This document shows positions 20,618 to 30,614 of a DNA stretch of 64,000 nt, one piece after another. The DNA is from Minisyncoccota bacterium. Its GTDB lineage: Bacteria > Patescibacteriota > Minisyncoccia > Phycocordibacterales > CAJBRS01. A model generated the notes under the pieces. That model was not told the DNA's origin. It did no database searches and saw only the letters and a program-made list of their open reading frames with translations. Where the stretch lies: NCBI GenBank assembly GCA_017881075.1, contig JADGRH010000003.1:128682-192681 (forward strand), written 5' to 3'. Made by a program: the position numbers and the translations under genes. Positions within the stretch are counted from its first letter, which is position 1. The number at the start of each line of letters is the position of its first letter.

Positions 20618-21517
20618 TTAATTGGCTATAATAGCAGATTTATTTAATTTTTCTATTGAACTTGACGTTAGCCACTTGATTCGTTTATCTCTCTTGAACC
20701 AGGTCATTTGACGCTTGGCGTATCGGCAATTTTCTATGTAGATTTTTTCAATCATTTCTTTTTTTGAGATTCTATTTTGAAGATATTGGGCAACGTATTT
20801 GTATTCCATACCCAGCTCATTCATTCTTTTCCAAGAGAGTCCGCCGCGATGAAGTTTTCTAGCTTCATTTATCATTCCTTTTTTTAATCTTTGAGAGAGG
20901 CGCTTTTTAATTCTTTTATTCAATTCTCCGTCCGGAACTCTGATACCAATTTGAATGGCGTTGTATTTAGAATTACTTTTCACTATTGGCACTTTGCCGA
21001 GCGCGATAGCAATTTCAATAGCCCGAATGAGCCGGCGCGGATTTTCTCTCTCAATGGTGCCGGCCCTTTTCGGATCTAATTTTTTCAATATGGCAAAAAG
21101 TTGTGAAACAGACTTTTGTTTCAATTTGTTTCTAAGTTTCAGATTCGGCGCGACCGATGGGGGAACGAACCCATCAACAATTGCTTGAATATAATATCCA
21201 GTGCCACCACAAATTATCGGTAATTTTTTCTTGTCAATGATTTTATCAATAGCTTTCTCGGTCAGTTCTCTGTATTGATCGACAGAAAACCATTCTTGTG
21301 GGCGTGTCACATCCAAAAGATGATGTGGCACGCCCCTCATTTCCCGCTTTGTAATTTTTCCTGTCCCAATATCCAATCCTTTATATACCTGCCTTGAATC
21401 CGCTGAAACCACCTCGCCATTAAATTTTTTAGCCAGTTTTACCGCCAACTCACTTTTACCCGAGGAAGTTGGTCCGAGAATTACTAGAATGTGTCTCATC
21501 ATGCCTAAGTTTGCCAT
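20618..21517 (-). CDS. miaA: tRNA dimethylallyltransferase
   Basis: GPTSSGKS, SADSRQVY, DIGTGK, GGTGYY, YAKRQMTWF. Confidence 0.96.
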   Translation of the reverse strand: MANLGMMRHILVILGPTSSGKSELAVKLAKKFNGEVVSADSRQVYKGLDIGTGKITKREMRGVPHHLLDVTRPQEWFSVDQYRELTEKAIDKIIDKKKLPIICGGTGYYIQAIVDGFVPPSVAPNLKLRNKLKQKSVSQLFAILKKLDPKRAGTIERENPRRLIRAIEIAIALGKVPIVKSNSKYNAIQIGIRVPDGELNKRIKKRLSQRLKKGMINEARKLHRGGLSWKRMNELGMEYKYVAQYLQNRISKKEMIEKIYIENCRYAKRQMTWFKRDKRIKWLTSSSIEKLNKSAIIAN

Positions 21518-21638
21518 TACGAGAGAATAAAATCCATAACAGATTCCATTGATTGACAGAGTTGTTTTATGAATGTATTATATCTGGCAGATTCAAAGTA
21601 GCCCAAACCCAAACCGAAAGAAACCGAAAGCAAACCCT

Positions 21639-22112
21639 ATGTTCAATCGCATTCTTGCAACCTTGTTACTACTCACCACTCTTCACCTTGCTTCTGCCGA
21701 CGATCGTCCGAAGACTTGGTATGAGAAGGGGTACGAAGGACCCGAAATCATCACTCTTTCCGATGCCATCCGCGCAGAGAAAGCCTTTCTTGGGCCCAAT
21801 AATCGGGCTTGGAGTATGAGGGGCGACACCAAAGTATGTGCGGCTCTCGAGGCAGTCAAACTGCCTTGTGACTACAATACGCGATGTGTCTTGTCGCATT
21901 TCCTCACACTCAACGGCAAAGGGCTTTTCCCGGCGTCGGGTCGGACCAACCCATATTTTTCCGAACATCGACCTGACGACGGCTTTCCGGATGATTATTT
22001 CATCGGCCAGTCAGCACAGAACGCTATGCTCGCCGCAGCAATACGGCGGAACGCAAAGTTGTTTGTTAACGGTGACATTACAGCGAAGTCGGTGAGAGAA
22101 AATTGGCGGTAA
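21639..22112 (+). CDS. secreted hypothetical protein
   Basis: signal peptide MFNRILATLLLLTTLHLASA; TTGACA-N17-TATTAT at 21553-21581; hairpin plus T-run after the stop. Confidence 0.65.
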   Translation: MFNRILATLLLLTTLHLASADDRPKTWYEKGYEGPEIITLSDAIRAEKAFLGPNNRAWSMRGDTKVCAALEAVKLPCDYNTRCVLSHFLTLNGKGLFPASGRTNPYFSEHRPDDGFPDDYFIGQSAQNAMLAAAIRRNAKLFVNGDITAKSVRENWR

Positions 22113-22197
22113 GTACATCATTTGCCCTGCACCACAAGAAGAGCCTTGGCTCGACTAGGTGCAGGGTCCTTTTATTTTCTTGATTTATAACGATATT

Positions 22198-22848
22198 TTA
22201 TCCTTTGATTAATTTTAACAATGATATAAAATCTTCTACTCTGTGGGAAACTCTAATAATATATTTTGGAGTCTTTGTTGTTGAGATTTTATAGACATGA
22301 GCTTTGAAGCCAAGGTTTTTTATCATACTCATTACATCCAATGCCAGGCGCTCTATAATTGTTGTGAAATTTACCATGTTGTAGCCTCTATCGAAATATA
22401 TACAACCATCAGTTTGAAATAAACCTCGTAAACATTCAATTGAATAAATCTCATTTTCTTTTATCCATCTAGGAACCGTCACATCCTGTTTAAATTTGGA
22501 ACCCTCCTTTGCTTTCCATCCAAGAAGATTTTCAAGGTGATTTGAATAACAGGAGACATCAAGGCAATTTTCACCCCGCTTAATAGTAGATATTTGATTG
22601 TTAGGAAACAGCTCTTTTAAAGATTTTATTATTGTATTTATTAGATTAGGATATTTTAAATCGCAACTAATCCTGAGTCTCACGGCTCGTCCATTCGAGT
22701 TGGAAAGATTGCCATCGCCGATAGCCAAGCCAATTACATATGCCTGTAGTCTTCGGTTAGGGCTTATCTTGGTGCCAGAGGTGGGACTTGAACCCACAAG
22801 CCTTGCGGCACGCGATTTTGAGTCGCGCATGTTTGCCAATTTCATCAC
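22198..22848 (-). CDS. double-motif LAGLIDADG endonuclease-like protein overlapping tRNA-Leu
   Basis: AYVIGLAIGDG and ECLRGLFQTDG motifs; the start position is uncertain and appears to lie inside the tRNA. Confidence 0.8.
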   Translation of the reverse strand: MMKLANMRDSKSRAARLVGSSPTSGTKISPNRRLQAYVIGLAIGDGNLSNSNGRAVRLRISCDLKYPNLINTIIKSLKELFPNNQISTIKRGENCLDVSCYSNHLENLLGWKAKEGSKFKQDVTVPRWIKENEIYSIECLRGLFQTDGCIYFDRGYNMVNFTTIIERLALDVMSMIKNLGFKAHVYKISTTKTPKYIIRVSHRVEDFISLLKLIKG

Positions 22849-22854
22849 TCTGGC
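22770..22854 (-). tRNA. tRNA-Leu(CAA) with encoded CCA
   Basis: gccagag/ctctggc-acca, cgcga-ctCAAaa-tcgcg, variable arm. Confidence 0.95.
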
Positions 22855-22955
22855 AGAGTATCATAAGTCTAATGAAATTTCGATAAAAATCAATTAAAAT
22901 TTATGTTAAAATGACTTTATGGACTTTAATACTTTTAACTTTATAGACTATTAAC

Positions 22956-23933
22956 ATGTCACAATTTTTTAGCGATTCAATATTTTGGATAGAGGTGGAA
23001 AAAGTGAAGCCGAACCCCTTCCAGCCGCGCCGGGATTTTGACCAGGCACGACTTCAGGACCTTGCTGATTCCATTCGGATGTATGGCGTCCTCCAGCCAT
23101 TGGTGGTGACGCGTCACGAAGTGGCGCGGGAGGATGGCGGTCTTCAGACCAAGTACGAATTGATCTCCGGCGAACGGCGGCTTCGGGCTTCAAAATTAGC
23201 AGGCCTTTCCCAAGTGCCAGTCATTATCCGCGCCCAAGAAGAAAATGAAAGAGTAAAATTGGAATTAGCAATCATTGAGAATCTTCAGCGGGAAGATCTA
23301 AATCCTGTTGATCGCGCCCGCGCCTTCAAACGGCTCGCCGAAGAATTTAATTTCAAGCACATTCAGATTGCCGAAAAGGTGGGAAAGAGTCGCGAATATG
23401 TCACCAATACTATGCGACTACTCTCTCTACCGGAAGAAATGTTGAATGCGGTTTCTGCAGGGAAAATTTCTGAAGGTCACACCCGACCACTCTTAATGTT
23501 GGTTGATCGGCCGGAAGAGCAGGTAACTCTTTTTAAGGAAATTGTTTACAAGAAATTAACTGTTCGCGAAGCGGAAGCTATTGCTCGCCGAATTGCTTTT
23601 GATCGAGTTCGCAAGAAAGAGCGAGCTTTTGATCCGGAACTTGTTGAGCTGGAAGAAAAATTAACCGAGTCGCTCGGCACCCGAGTGCAAATAGAGCGCA
23701 AGGATCAGGGCGGGCGACTAGTCATTGATTTCTTTTCCAATTCCGATTTGCAGGGAATTCTTGATTTGGTGAAATCCAATATACCAAAACAGAGAACCGA
23801 AATGATGGAAAAATTCATCGCGGCCGCACCCGAGCCCGAATCGGTTTCCGACGTATCCAATGACGATCGTTCTACCGAGGAAAAAAAGTCCGACGAAGAA
23901 GACCTCTACTCCATCAAGAATTTCTCTATTTAA
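22956..23933 (+). CDS. parB: ParB/Spo0J partition protein
   Basis: PNPFQPRR, GVLQP, ISGERRLRA, ENLQREDLNP, HTH. Confidence 0.93.
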   Translation: MSQFFSDSIFWIEVEKVKPNPFQPRRDFDQARLQDLADSIRMYGVLQPLVVTRHEVAREDGGLQTKYELISGERRLRASKLAGLSQVPVIIRAQEENERVKLELAIIENLQREDLNPVDRARAFKRLAEEFNFKHIQIAEKVGKSREYVTNTMRLLSLPEEMLNAVSAGKISEGHTRPLLMLVDRPEEQVTLFKEIVYKKLTVREAEAIARRIAFDRVRKKERAFDPELVELEEKLTESLGTRVQIERKDQGGRLVIDFFSNSDLQGILDLVKSNIPKQRTEMMEKFIAAAPEPESVSDVSNDDRSTEEKKSDEEDLYSIKNFSI

Positions 23934-26190
23934 CCCCGGCTAGTTTATGCGGATTATGGTTCGGACAGACTTTGCTCGAGCATCGTTCCGGAATAGTTTT
24001 TGTTCCTTCCATCATTAGTGATCCGCACATCGGACAAAGGTTGCCGGTCGGTTTTGCTTTGATGGCAGTTTTGCATTGAGGGTAATTTGAACAGCTGAAG
24101 AAAAGGCCGAATTTGCCTTTTCTCTCCACCATAAAACCTTTTTTGCAGACGGGACATTCTACACCGGTAGAATTTTGTTTCTCCAGCTCCTTATCTTTTT
24201 TAATATATTTGCATTTCGGATAATTGGCGCAGGAAATGAAGGCACCGAATTTTCCTTGGCGAAGAACGAGGTCGCCATCATCAAGCGGGCATTTCTCGCC
24301 GGTTAATTTTGGTCCCTCAATTTCTTTTCCTTCAATAGTCCTAGCTCCGGCGCATTTTGGGAATGTTCCGCAACTCATGAATTTGCCGTTCTTACCGAGC
24401 TTAATGATCATGGCGGCACCGCAGACCGGACACTTAAATTCGTCCGGAGCGGCGCCGAGATTAGTGATTTTTTCCATAGTTTTATCTTTTGATTTAACCT
24501 CTTTTGTAAAAGGAGTGTAAAAGTCTTTTAAAGTTTTAGCGTATTCGCGTTTCCCGGAGGCAATATCATCCAGCTCATCTTCCATTTCGGCCGTGAACGA
24601 ATCACTGATGTAATTGGTGAAATGATTTTCCAGAAATGTTGAGACCACATCTCCGGTATCAGTTGGCACCAAGGCCTTATTAATCTTTTCAACATAGCCG
24701 CGGTCATCCAGGGTCTTAATGATTGAAGCATAAGTAGACGGTCGGCCGATGCCTCGTTTTTCCAATTCTTTCACCAGCCCGGCTTCGGAGTATCTTGGTG
24801 GCGGTTGGGTTTCTTTTCCCTCGGAATCAATCTTCAGAAGATTTAATTTCTCTCCAAGCTTCACTTTTGGCAACACCACATCTTCGCCACTCGCTTCCGG
24901 ATCGGCAGAGAGCCAGCCAGGAAACAGAACTCGCTGTCCGGTGATAGCGAAATCAGGAATGCAGAGGTCAGACCTCTGCATTGGTTGCTTTGCAGAGGTC
25001 TGACCTCTGCATTCCTTGTTGTTTACATTCGCTGTAATTTTACTTCGAAGCATTTTAGCCTCCGCCATCTGTGATGCCGCCGTTCTCTGCCAGATCAGTC
25101 GGTAAAGTTTGTGCTGTTCGTCGTTAAGGCCGGCTGTTTCTACCGACATGTGGCTGGGGCGAATAGCCTCGTGTGCCTCCTGAGCATTTTTACTTTTAAC
25201 GGCATAAGTGCGGGGACTCAAATATTCTTTACCGTATTTTTTCTCAATAATTTCAAATATTTGTCCTAACGCTAATTTACTGAGGTTGGTGCTGTCGGTT
25301 CTCATATAGGTGATGTGACCGGACTCGTAAAGTTTTTGAGCAATACCCATGGTTCGGGACGGAGCGAAGCCAAGACGCGAACTAGCCGTTTGCTGAAGAG
25401 TGGAAGTAATAAATGGGGCACGCGGAGCCCGCTTTACTTCGGTCTCAGAAAGATCGACTATCTTCCAGTCGTCTTTATGGATCTCTCCACCAATTTTCAA
25501 TATTCTTTTAACTTCTTTTTCATCGCGCGGTTCCTCCGAACACACTAAGGAAAATCTTTGTGCTCGGAGCCCTGAGGTATTCGAAGGGCTACTCTCAACG
25601 TCAGCATTAATGACCCAGAATTTTTCCGGTTTAAATGCCCGAATTTCCCTTTCCCGTTCCATAATGATTCGAAGGGCGGGAGATTGAACTCGGCCGGCAG
25701 AGAGGCCGTAACGCACTTTTTTCCAGATGAGACCTGATAGGTCGTATCCCACCAAGCGATCCAGGACGCGGCGTGCTTCCTGGGCGCGTCGGAGATTTTG
25801 ATCAATTTCCCTCGGGTTTTCAAGGGCTTCAAGAATAGCCTCTTTAGTAATTTCATTATAAGTTACTCTCTGGATTTTGGTTTTATCGAGGCCTAAATCC
25901 AAGAGCTCGCCGATGTGCCAAGCAATGGCCTCACCCTCGCGGTCCTCGTCAGTGGCCAGAATAATTTTCTCTGCCTTTTTAGCTAGATGTTTCAGCTCAG
26001 CAACCACCTTCTCCTTTCCCTTACTGATTTCGTAATGAGGAATGAATCCACCTTCAATATCGATGGCTTTCTTATTGCTTTTTGGCAGATCACGAACGTG
26101 GCCAACGGAAGCTTTCACATCGTATTCATCGCCAAGATATTTTGAAATAGTCTTGGCTTTGGCGGGCGATTCTACAATTAATAACTTCAT
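23926..26190 (-). CDS. topA: DNA topoisomerase I with two in-frame palindromic insertions
   Basis: LLIVESPAKAKTI, ATDEDREGE, SAGRVQS, ITYMRTDS, C-terminal Zn ribbons. Confidence 0.97.
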   Translation of the reverse strand: MKLLIVESPAKAKTISKYLGDEYDVKASVGHVRDLPKSNKKAIDIEGGFIPHYEISKGKEKVVAELKHLAKKAEKIILATDEDREGEAIAWHIGELLDLGLDKTKIQRVTYNEITKEAILEALENPREIDQNLRRAQEARRVLDRLVGYDLSGLIWKKVRYGLSAGRVQSPALRIIMEREREIRAFKPEKFWVINADVESSPSNTSGLRAQRFSLVCSEEPRDEKEVKRILKIGGEIHKDDWKIVDLSETEVKRAPRAPFITSTLQQTASSRLGFAPSRTMGIAQKLYESGHITYMRTDSTNLSKLALGQIFEIIEKKYGKEYLSPRTYAVKSKNAQEAHEAIRPSHMSVETAGLNDEQHKLYRLIWQRTAASQMAEAKMLRSKITANVNNKECRGQTSAKQPMQRSDLCIPDFAITGQRVLFPGWLSADPEASGEDVVLPKVKLGEKLNLLKIDSEGKETQPPPRYSEAGLVKELEKRGIGRPSTYASIIKTLDDRGYVEKINKALVPTDTGDVVSTFLENHFTNYISDSFTAEMEDELDDIASGKREYAKTLKDFYTPFTKEVKSKDKTMEKITNLGAAPDEFKCPVCGAAMIIKLGKNGKFMSCGTFPKCAGARTIEGKEIEGPKLTGEKCPLDDGDLVLRQGKFGAFISCANYPKCKYIKKDKELEKQNSTGVECPVCKKGFMVERKGKFGLFFSCSNYPQCKTAIKAKPTGNLCPMCGSLMMEGTKTIPERCSSKVCPNHNPHKLAGVK
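24955..25016. repeat. GCAGAGGTCAGACCTCTGC doublet palindrome, in frame in topA
   Basis: 26-bp perfect inverted repeat with self-palindromic arms; the same unit occurs in uvrC. Confidence 0.9.
25568..25590 (-). repeat. CCCTTCGA-N4/5-CTCAGGGC REP-like unit, in frame in topA
   Basis: agcccttcgaatacctcagggct on the minus strand; two more copies in uvrB. Confidence 0.7.
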
Positions 26191-26344
26191 GAGCGCTATT
26201 ATATACTACAACTACTTTTTAATTGCAAATCTTATTGTACATTTGTTCGGCCCCGTGCGTTTTTCCCTTCGTCGTGCGGTGGCGCGAGTCGGGAAAAGAC
26301 GTCTCGGGGCACTATGCGACCCTTCAGCCTGGCGCTAGACGGAG

Positions 26345-27211
26345 TTATTTTAAAAAAATTTCTCCACCAGATTCTCTAATAAAGTCCTTCAATTCTAGAA
26401 TTGTCAGTAAACTATTGGCTTGACTCGTGGGCATTCCGATTTTTTCCAGAAGATCATCGCGGGGCAGTGGCGTGCTCAGAGCTTCAATAATACGCAACTC
26501 GTCGATGGAACATTCGCGATATCTTTGCGGATCAAATTCTTTGCGCTCGGCCGATTTTAGGCCGAGCGCCTCCAAAATATTATCGGCTGAAGTTATGGGG
26601 GTGGCACCCATGCGGATGAGTAGATGGGGTCCCTCGGAGTTCTTGGAGAAGATTGAGCCGGGAACGGCGAGCACGTCGCGGTTGTATTCCGTTGCTAGCC
26701 TCGCCGTGATCATGGTGCCGGATTTTGTTTCAGCTTCTATTATTAGCGTGGCGTCGGAAAGTCCGGCCATGATCCTATTACGTTTGGGAAAAGATATGGG
26801 GACTGCCTCGTACTTGGGTTCAAACTCAGAAAGGAGACACCCTCCCGCTTCTAAAATATTATCTGCCAACTCACGATGGGCGACAGGATATATTACATCA
26901 GGATGGAGTCCGGAGCCGGGAATGGCAAGCGTTTTAAGACCCGCTCTTAACGCCGCCTCATGAGCGAGTGAATCAATGCCGATGGCCAGACCGGAAACAA
27001 TCACTATAGGATGACCCGAGAGTCCCGCAATCAATTCATCGCAGACATCCTTGCCGTAGTTGCTGAATTGACGGGCTCCGACCACGGCCAGTGTCTTCAG
27101 GTGCGCGGTGGGCATTACACCGCGCACGTAAAGTCGCTCTGGTGGGCCAGGAATCTCTAAAAGTTTGGGCGGGTAGCGTTCCCGCGGCAGTTCTATAATC
27201 GGATATTTCAT
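26345..27211 (-). CDS. dprA: DNA-processing protein DprA
   Basis: AVVGAR, IVSGLAIGIDSLAH, FPKRNRIMAGLS, SGTMITA. Confidence 0.95.
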   Translation of the reverse strand: MKYPIIELPRERYPPKLLEIPGPPERLYVRGVMPTAHLKTLAVVGARQFSNYGKDVCDELIAGLSGHPIVIVSGLAIGIDSLAHEAALRAGLKTLAIPGSGLHPDVIYPVAHRELADNILEAGGCLLSEFEPKYEAVPISFPKRNRIMAGLSDATLIIEAETKSGTMITARLATEYNRDVLAVPGSIFSKNSEGPHLLIRMGATPITSADNILEALGLKSAERKEFDPQRYRECSIDELRIIEALSTPLPRDDLLEKIGMPTSQANSLLTILELKDFIRESGGEIFLK

Positions 27212-27282
27212 CCCTATATTCTGATCAAAGAAGATGAAATATCCATAAAGATTTATTAAAAAAAATTTGCTATTATTTAACT

Positions 27283-28563
27283 ATGTTAGACATTAAATTC
27301 ATTCGGGGAAACAAGGATGTTGTCCAAGAGGGAGCTAAAAAAAAGCATATGCCATTCGATGTGGATGCATTGCTGGTTGTAGACGAAAAACGTTGTGCTC
27401 TTTTGGCTGAAATTGAGTCAAAAAAAACAGAACAAAATCAATTTAGTGAGAAGATTGTGAATGTCTCCAATCCTGCCGAAAAAATGAAACTGATCGATGA
27501 GATGAAAGTGGTCAAAGAAAATTTAAATAAAAAAGAAGAAGAATTCAAACTAGTAATTTCCGAATGGCAAAAGCTCATGATTCAAGTGCCGAATGTTCCA
27601 GACATATCTGTACCGGAAGGGAAAGACGAAACTGAGAATCAACAAATAAAAACTTGGGGGGAAATTCCAAAATTTGATTTTCAGCCAAAAAATCACATTG
27701 AAATAATGGAAGGGCTCGACATGATCGATCTGGAGCGAGGAGCTAAGGTGTCGGGCTTTCGGGGTTATTTCTTAAAAAATGAAGCAGTTATTCTAAACTT
27801 TGCCATTTGGCAATTTGTTTTTAATGAAATGATGCAGGCAGGAGATTTTATTCCTCTTCTCACTCCGTCCTTAGTAAAAAAAGAGACTTTGCTCGGCACG
27901 GGGTATCTACCTCAAGGAGAAGAAGATTTATACAAAACTCAAGACGGAACTTATTTAGTCGGCACCTCGGAGGTGCCGACTATGAGTTACCACAGCGATG
28001 AAATTATTCCAGCGGAGAAACTGCCGATTAAATTTTTAGCTTTCTCGCCTTGTTTCCGTCGAGAAGCGGGTAGCCACGGCAAAGACACCAAGGGGATCTT
28101 TCGGGTTCATGAGTTTTATAAATTTGAACAAGTCATTTTATGCGAGGCCAATCATGAGGAATCAGTTAAATATCATGAGGAGCTGACGAAGAATGCCGAA
28201 AAATTACTCCAGGTCCTTCAATTGCCATATCGAACTCTGCTTATTTGCGGAGGGGATCTTGGTCTGGGGCAGGTAAAGAAATATGATCTGGAGGCGTGGG
28301 TGCCGTCAGAGAACATCTATCGCGAAACTCACTCCGCTTCATATTTTCATGATTTTCAGACTCGTCGTTTGAATATTCGTTATCGAGATCAAGATGGAAA
28401 ACTAAAGTTTGCTCATTCTTTAAACAACACCGCCCTTGCTACTCCCCGAATCCTTGTTTCTATAATCGAAAACTATCAGCAAGTGGACGGCAGTATCAAA
28501 ATTCCCGAAGTATTACAAAAATATATGGGAGGTAAAAAAATTATCGGACCTAAGAAAGTTTGA
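27283..28563 (+). CDS. serS: serine--tRNA ligase
   Basis: MLDIKFIR, YLVGTSEV, CFRREAGSHGKDTKGIFRVHEF, SLNNTALATPR. Confidence 0.97.
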   Translation: MLDIKFIRGNKDVVQEGAKKKHMPFDVDALLVVDEKRCALLAEIESKKTEQNQFSEKIVNVSNPAEKMKLIDEMKVVKENLNKKEEEFKLVISEWQKLMIQVPNVPDISVPEGKDETENQQIKTWGEIPKFDFQPKNHIEIMEGLDMIDLERGAKVSGFRGYFLKNEAVILNFAIWQFVFNEMMQAGDFIPLLTPSLVKKETLLGTGYLPQGEEDLYKTQDGTYLVGTSEVPTMSYHSDEIIPAEKLPIKFLAFSPCFRREAGSHGKDTKGIFRVHEFYKFEQVILCEANHEESVKYHEELTKNAEKLLQVLQLPYRTLLICGGDLGLGQVKKYDLEAWVPSENIYRETHSASYFHDFQTRRLNIRYRDQDGKLKFAHSLNNTALATPRILVSIIENYQQVDGSIKIPEVLQKYMGGKKIIGPKKV

Positions 28564-28564
28564 A

Positions 28565-29407
28565 ATGAAAAAACGTAAAGTGATCGAGCCATCGCAACTG
28601 GGTCGTCGGAGGCGGCGGCGCAGGAATTTGAGATTACTTTTGTGGATTCTTTTGATTCTTGTGGTTTTCGGGGGAATTGTGGCTATCAGTCATCTACCAC
28701 AATTCTCCATTGATAATGTTAAATTGGAGGGAAATACCTTTTCTTCCACTAATAATATTCTACATACTGCTGAAGATGACCTCTCTGGAGACTATTTTAA
28801 ACTTTTTTCTAAAAGTAATATTTTTATATTTCCAAAAAGAAAAATTGAAAGCGATATTCTTGCCCAATATCCGCCAATAAAAAGTATCTCCATTAAACGT
28901 TCTAGTCTAAAAGAAATCCAGATAACTGTTTTGGAGAGAAAACAGCAGTTTCTCTGGTGCCGCCTGGACCAATGTTATTTTATGGATTCTTCAGGCTTTA
29001 TCTTCAACGTCGCTCCCGCTTTCTCCACCGACCTTTATTTTACCTATTACGGATTAATTGAGTTAGAAAACCCTGTCGGTCAAAATTATTTAAGCTTGGA
29101 TAAATTTGATGGAGTGGTTCGCTTTGTCAATAATGTTAAGAAACTAGGAATCTCGACTGATTATGTAAAGGCTACCGACAATAATAATTTTGAGCTCCAC
29201 CTTCTTTCCGGAGGGAAAATACTTTTCAATACCAACCAGCCTTTGGATGAGACCATTTCCAATCTCCAAACTGTCACCGACAAAAATAATGCTTCAGGTA
29301 CCAGTGTTGATCTCTCTAAAATAGAGTATTTAGATCTACGCTTTGGTAACAAGGTCTTTTATAAGCTCACTGGTGCCACAGTTGCTACTAGCACCCAAAG
29401 TAATTAA
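28565..29407 (+). CDS. FtsQ/DivIB-like cell division protein
   Basis: basic N-terminus, one TM, POTRA-like region, YLDLRFGNKV. Confidence 0.75.
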   Translation: MKKRKVIEPSQLGRRRRRRRNLRLLLWILLILVVFGGIVAISHLPQFSIDNVKLEGNTFSSTNNILHTAEDDLSGDYFKLFSKSNIFIFPKRKIESDILAQYPPIKSISIKRSSLKEIQITVLERKQQFLWCRLDQCYFMDSSGFIFNVAPAFSTDLYFTYYGLIELENPVGQNYLSLDKFDGVVRFVNNVKKLGISTDYVKATDNNNFELHLLSGGKILFNTNQPLDETISNLQTVTDKNNASGTSVDLSKIEYLDLRFGNKVFYKLTGATVATSTQSN

Positions 29408-29420
29408 AGTATAAGGAATT

Positions 29421-30608
29421 ATGGCTAATTCAGGAAAAGTAATAAATCCCATCATATTGCCTCCGGAACCGAGGGGGAGATACAGGGAACTTGGCCCTCA
29501 TCCGGAGCGGTGGGTCAAACAAAAAGAAGTCCTCGCAAGAGGCGAACCCATTTTGGACGTGGAGGTAAAATTAACTCCGGTGCGGCCGCACCATTATGCA
29601 GTCGGTACGGCCGTCGCTATTCTCATCGGCCTTAGCGCCACATATGGAATCATTCAAGCGGGAACTCTGGCCTACAATCATTTTAAGTCGCCAGTCTATA
29701 ACGAAGTTGCCAGCAACTATTCTTTAACTGAAAGTCAGGGCTCCGATGATAGCAGTAATTTTCAACCTCTCTCTGGCTCTTACACTATTTCCAATTCAAC
29801 AAAATCTTTGGGGCTTAGCGCTCAGGAATATCTGGTAGGGGATCTTGCGACAAGTGATGTAATCTTGGAAAAAAATGGAACGACAAAATCACCGATGGCT
29901 TCAGTCACCAAATTAATGACTGTCACCATTGATCTTGAAACTATAAATCAGCGCGAATATGCCACCGTTACTCCGGCGGCTCTAAAATATTACGGAGCTC
30001 GCGGAGAATTGGTGCCGAATGAAATTATACGTATTAGCGATCTGATTTACCCGCTTCTGGTGGTCTCTAGTAATGCAGCCGCCGAAGTTTTTGCCGATCA
30101 TGTGGGCCGTAACACCTTTTTGAAAGAAATGAATGACAAAGCCACTTTAATAGGAATGAAAAATAGTCATTATGACGATGCTAGTGGCCTTTCACCTGAT
30201 AGTTATTCCACGGCCGAGGATCTATTTCGCCTGGCTAAATATATAAAAGAGCAACATCCAGAAATTTTTGATATCGGCCGAGTAAGAGAGTATTCAATTT
30301 TGGGTCACACATGGATCAATCAGAATCACCAGCTTGTTTACACTACTTTTGCTGGAGGCAAGAACGGCTTTACCGATCAGGCGGAGAAAACTACCGTATC
30401 CACTTTCAATCTTTCATTCAATCCGACAAACAAAAATGATAAGCGTACCATTGTCATAGTTTTATTAAAGACAAATGATCGGGAGGGGGATATTTCTAAG
30501 ATCTTGAAATATCTTTCTGCGAATGTGCATTACGATGCACAGTCTCTTGATGTGGGAACAGCTAATGCTCCGGGGCCAAAGGTGCAGAGTGGCAATCCGG
30601 ATAATTAG
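29421..30608 (+). CDS. D-alanyl-D-alanine carboxypeptidase (S11 family)
   Basis: MASVTKLMT (SxxK), SSN (SxN), KNG in place of KTG. Confidence 0.88.
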   Translation: MANSGKVINPIILPPEPRGRYRELGPHPERWVKQKEVLARGEPILDVEVKLTPVRPHHYAVGTAVAILIGLSATYGIIQAGTLAYNHFKSPVYNEVASNYSLTESQGSDDSSNFQPLSGSYTISNSTKSLGLSAQEYLVGDLATSDVILEKNGTTKSPMASVTKLMTVTIDLETINQREYATVTPAALKYYGARGELVPNEIIRISDLIYPLLVVSSNAAAEVFADHVGRNTFLKEMNDKATLIGMKNSHYDDASGLSPDSYSTAEDLFRLAKYIKEQHPEIFDIGRVREYSILGHTWINQNHQLVYTTFAGGKNGFTDQAEKTTVSTFNLSFNPTNKNDKRTIVIVLLKTNDREGDISKILKYLSANVHYDAQSLDVGTANAPGPKVQSGNPDN

Positions 30609-30614
30609 ATTATC

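Noticed and set aside
20546-21517. Functional coupling of miaA to the abutting tRNA-Trp
   Set aside because: The tRNA is a plausible MiaA substrate, but a -10-like TATTAT in the miaA 3' end could drive it independently, and adjacency alone is weak evidence in a compact genome.
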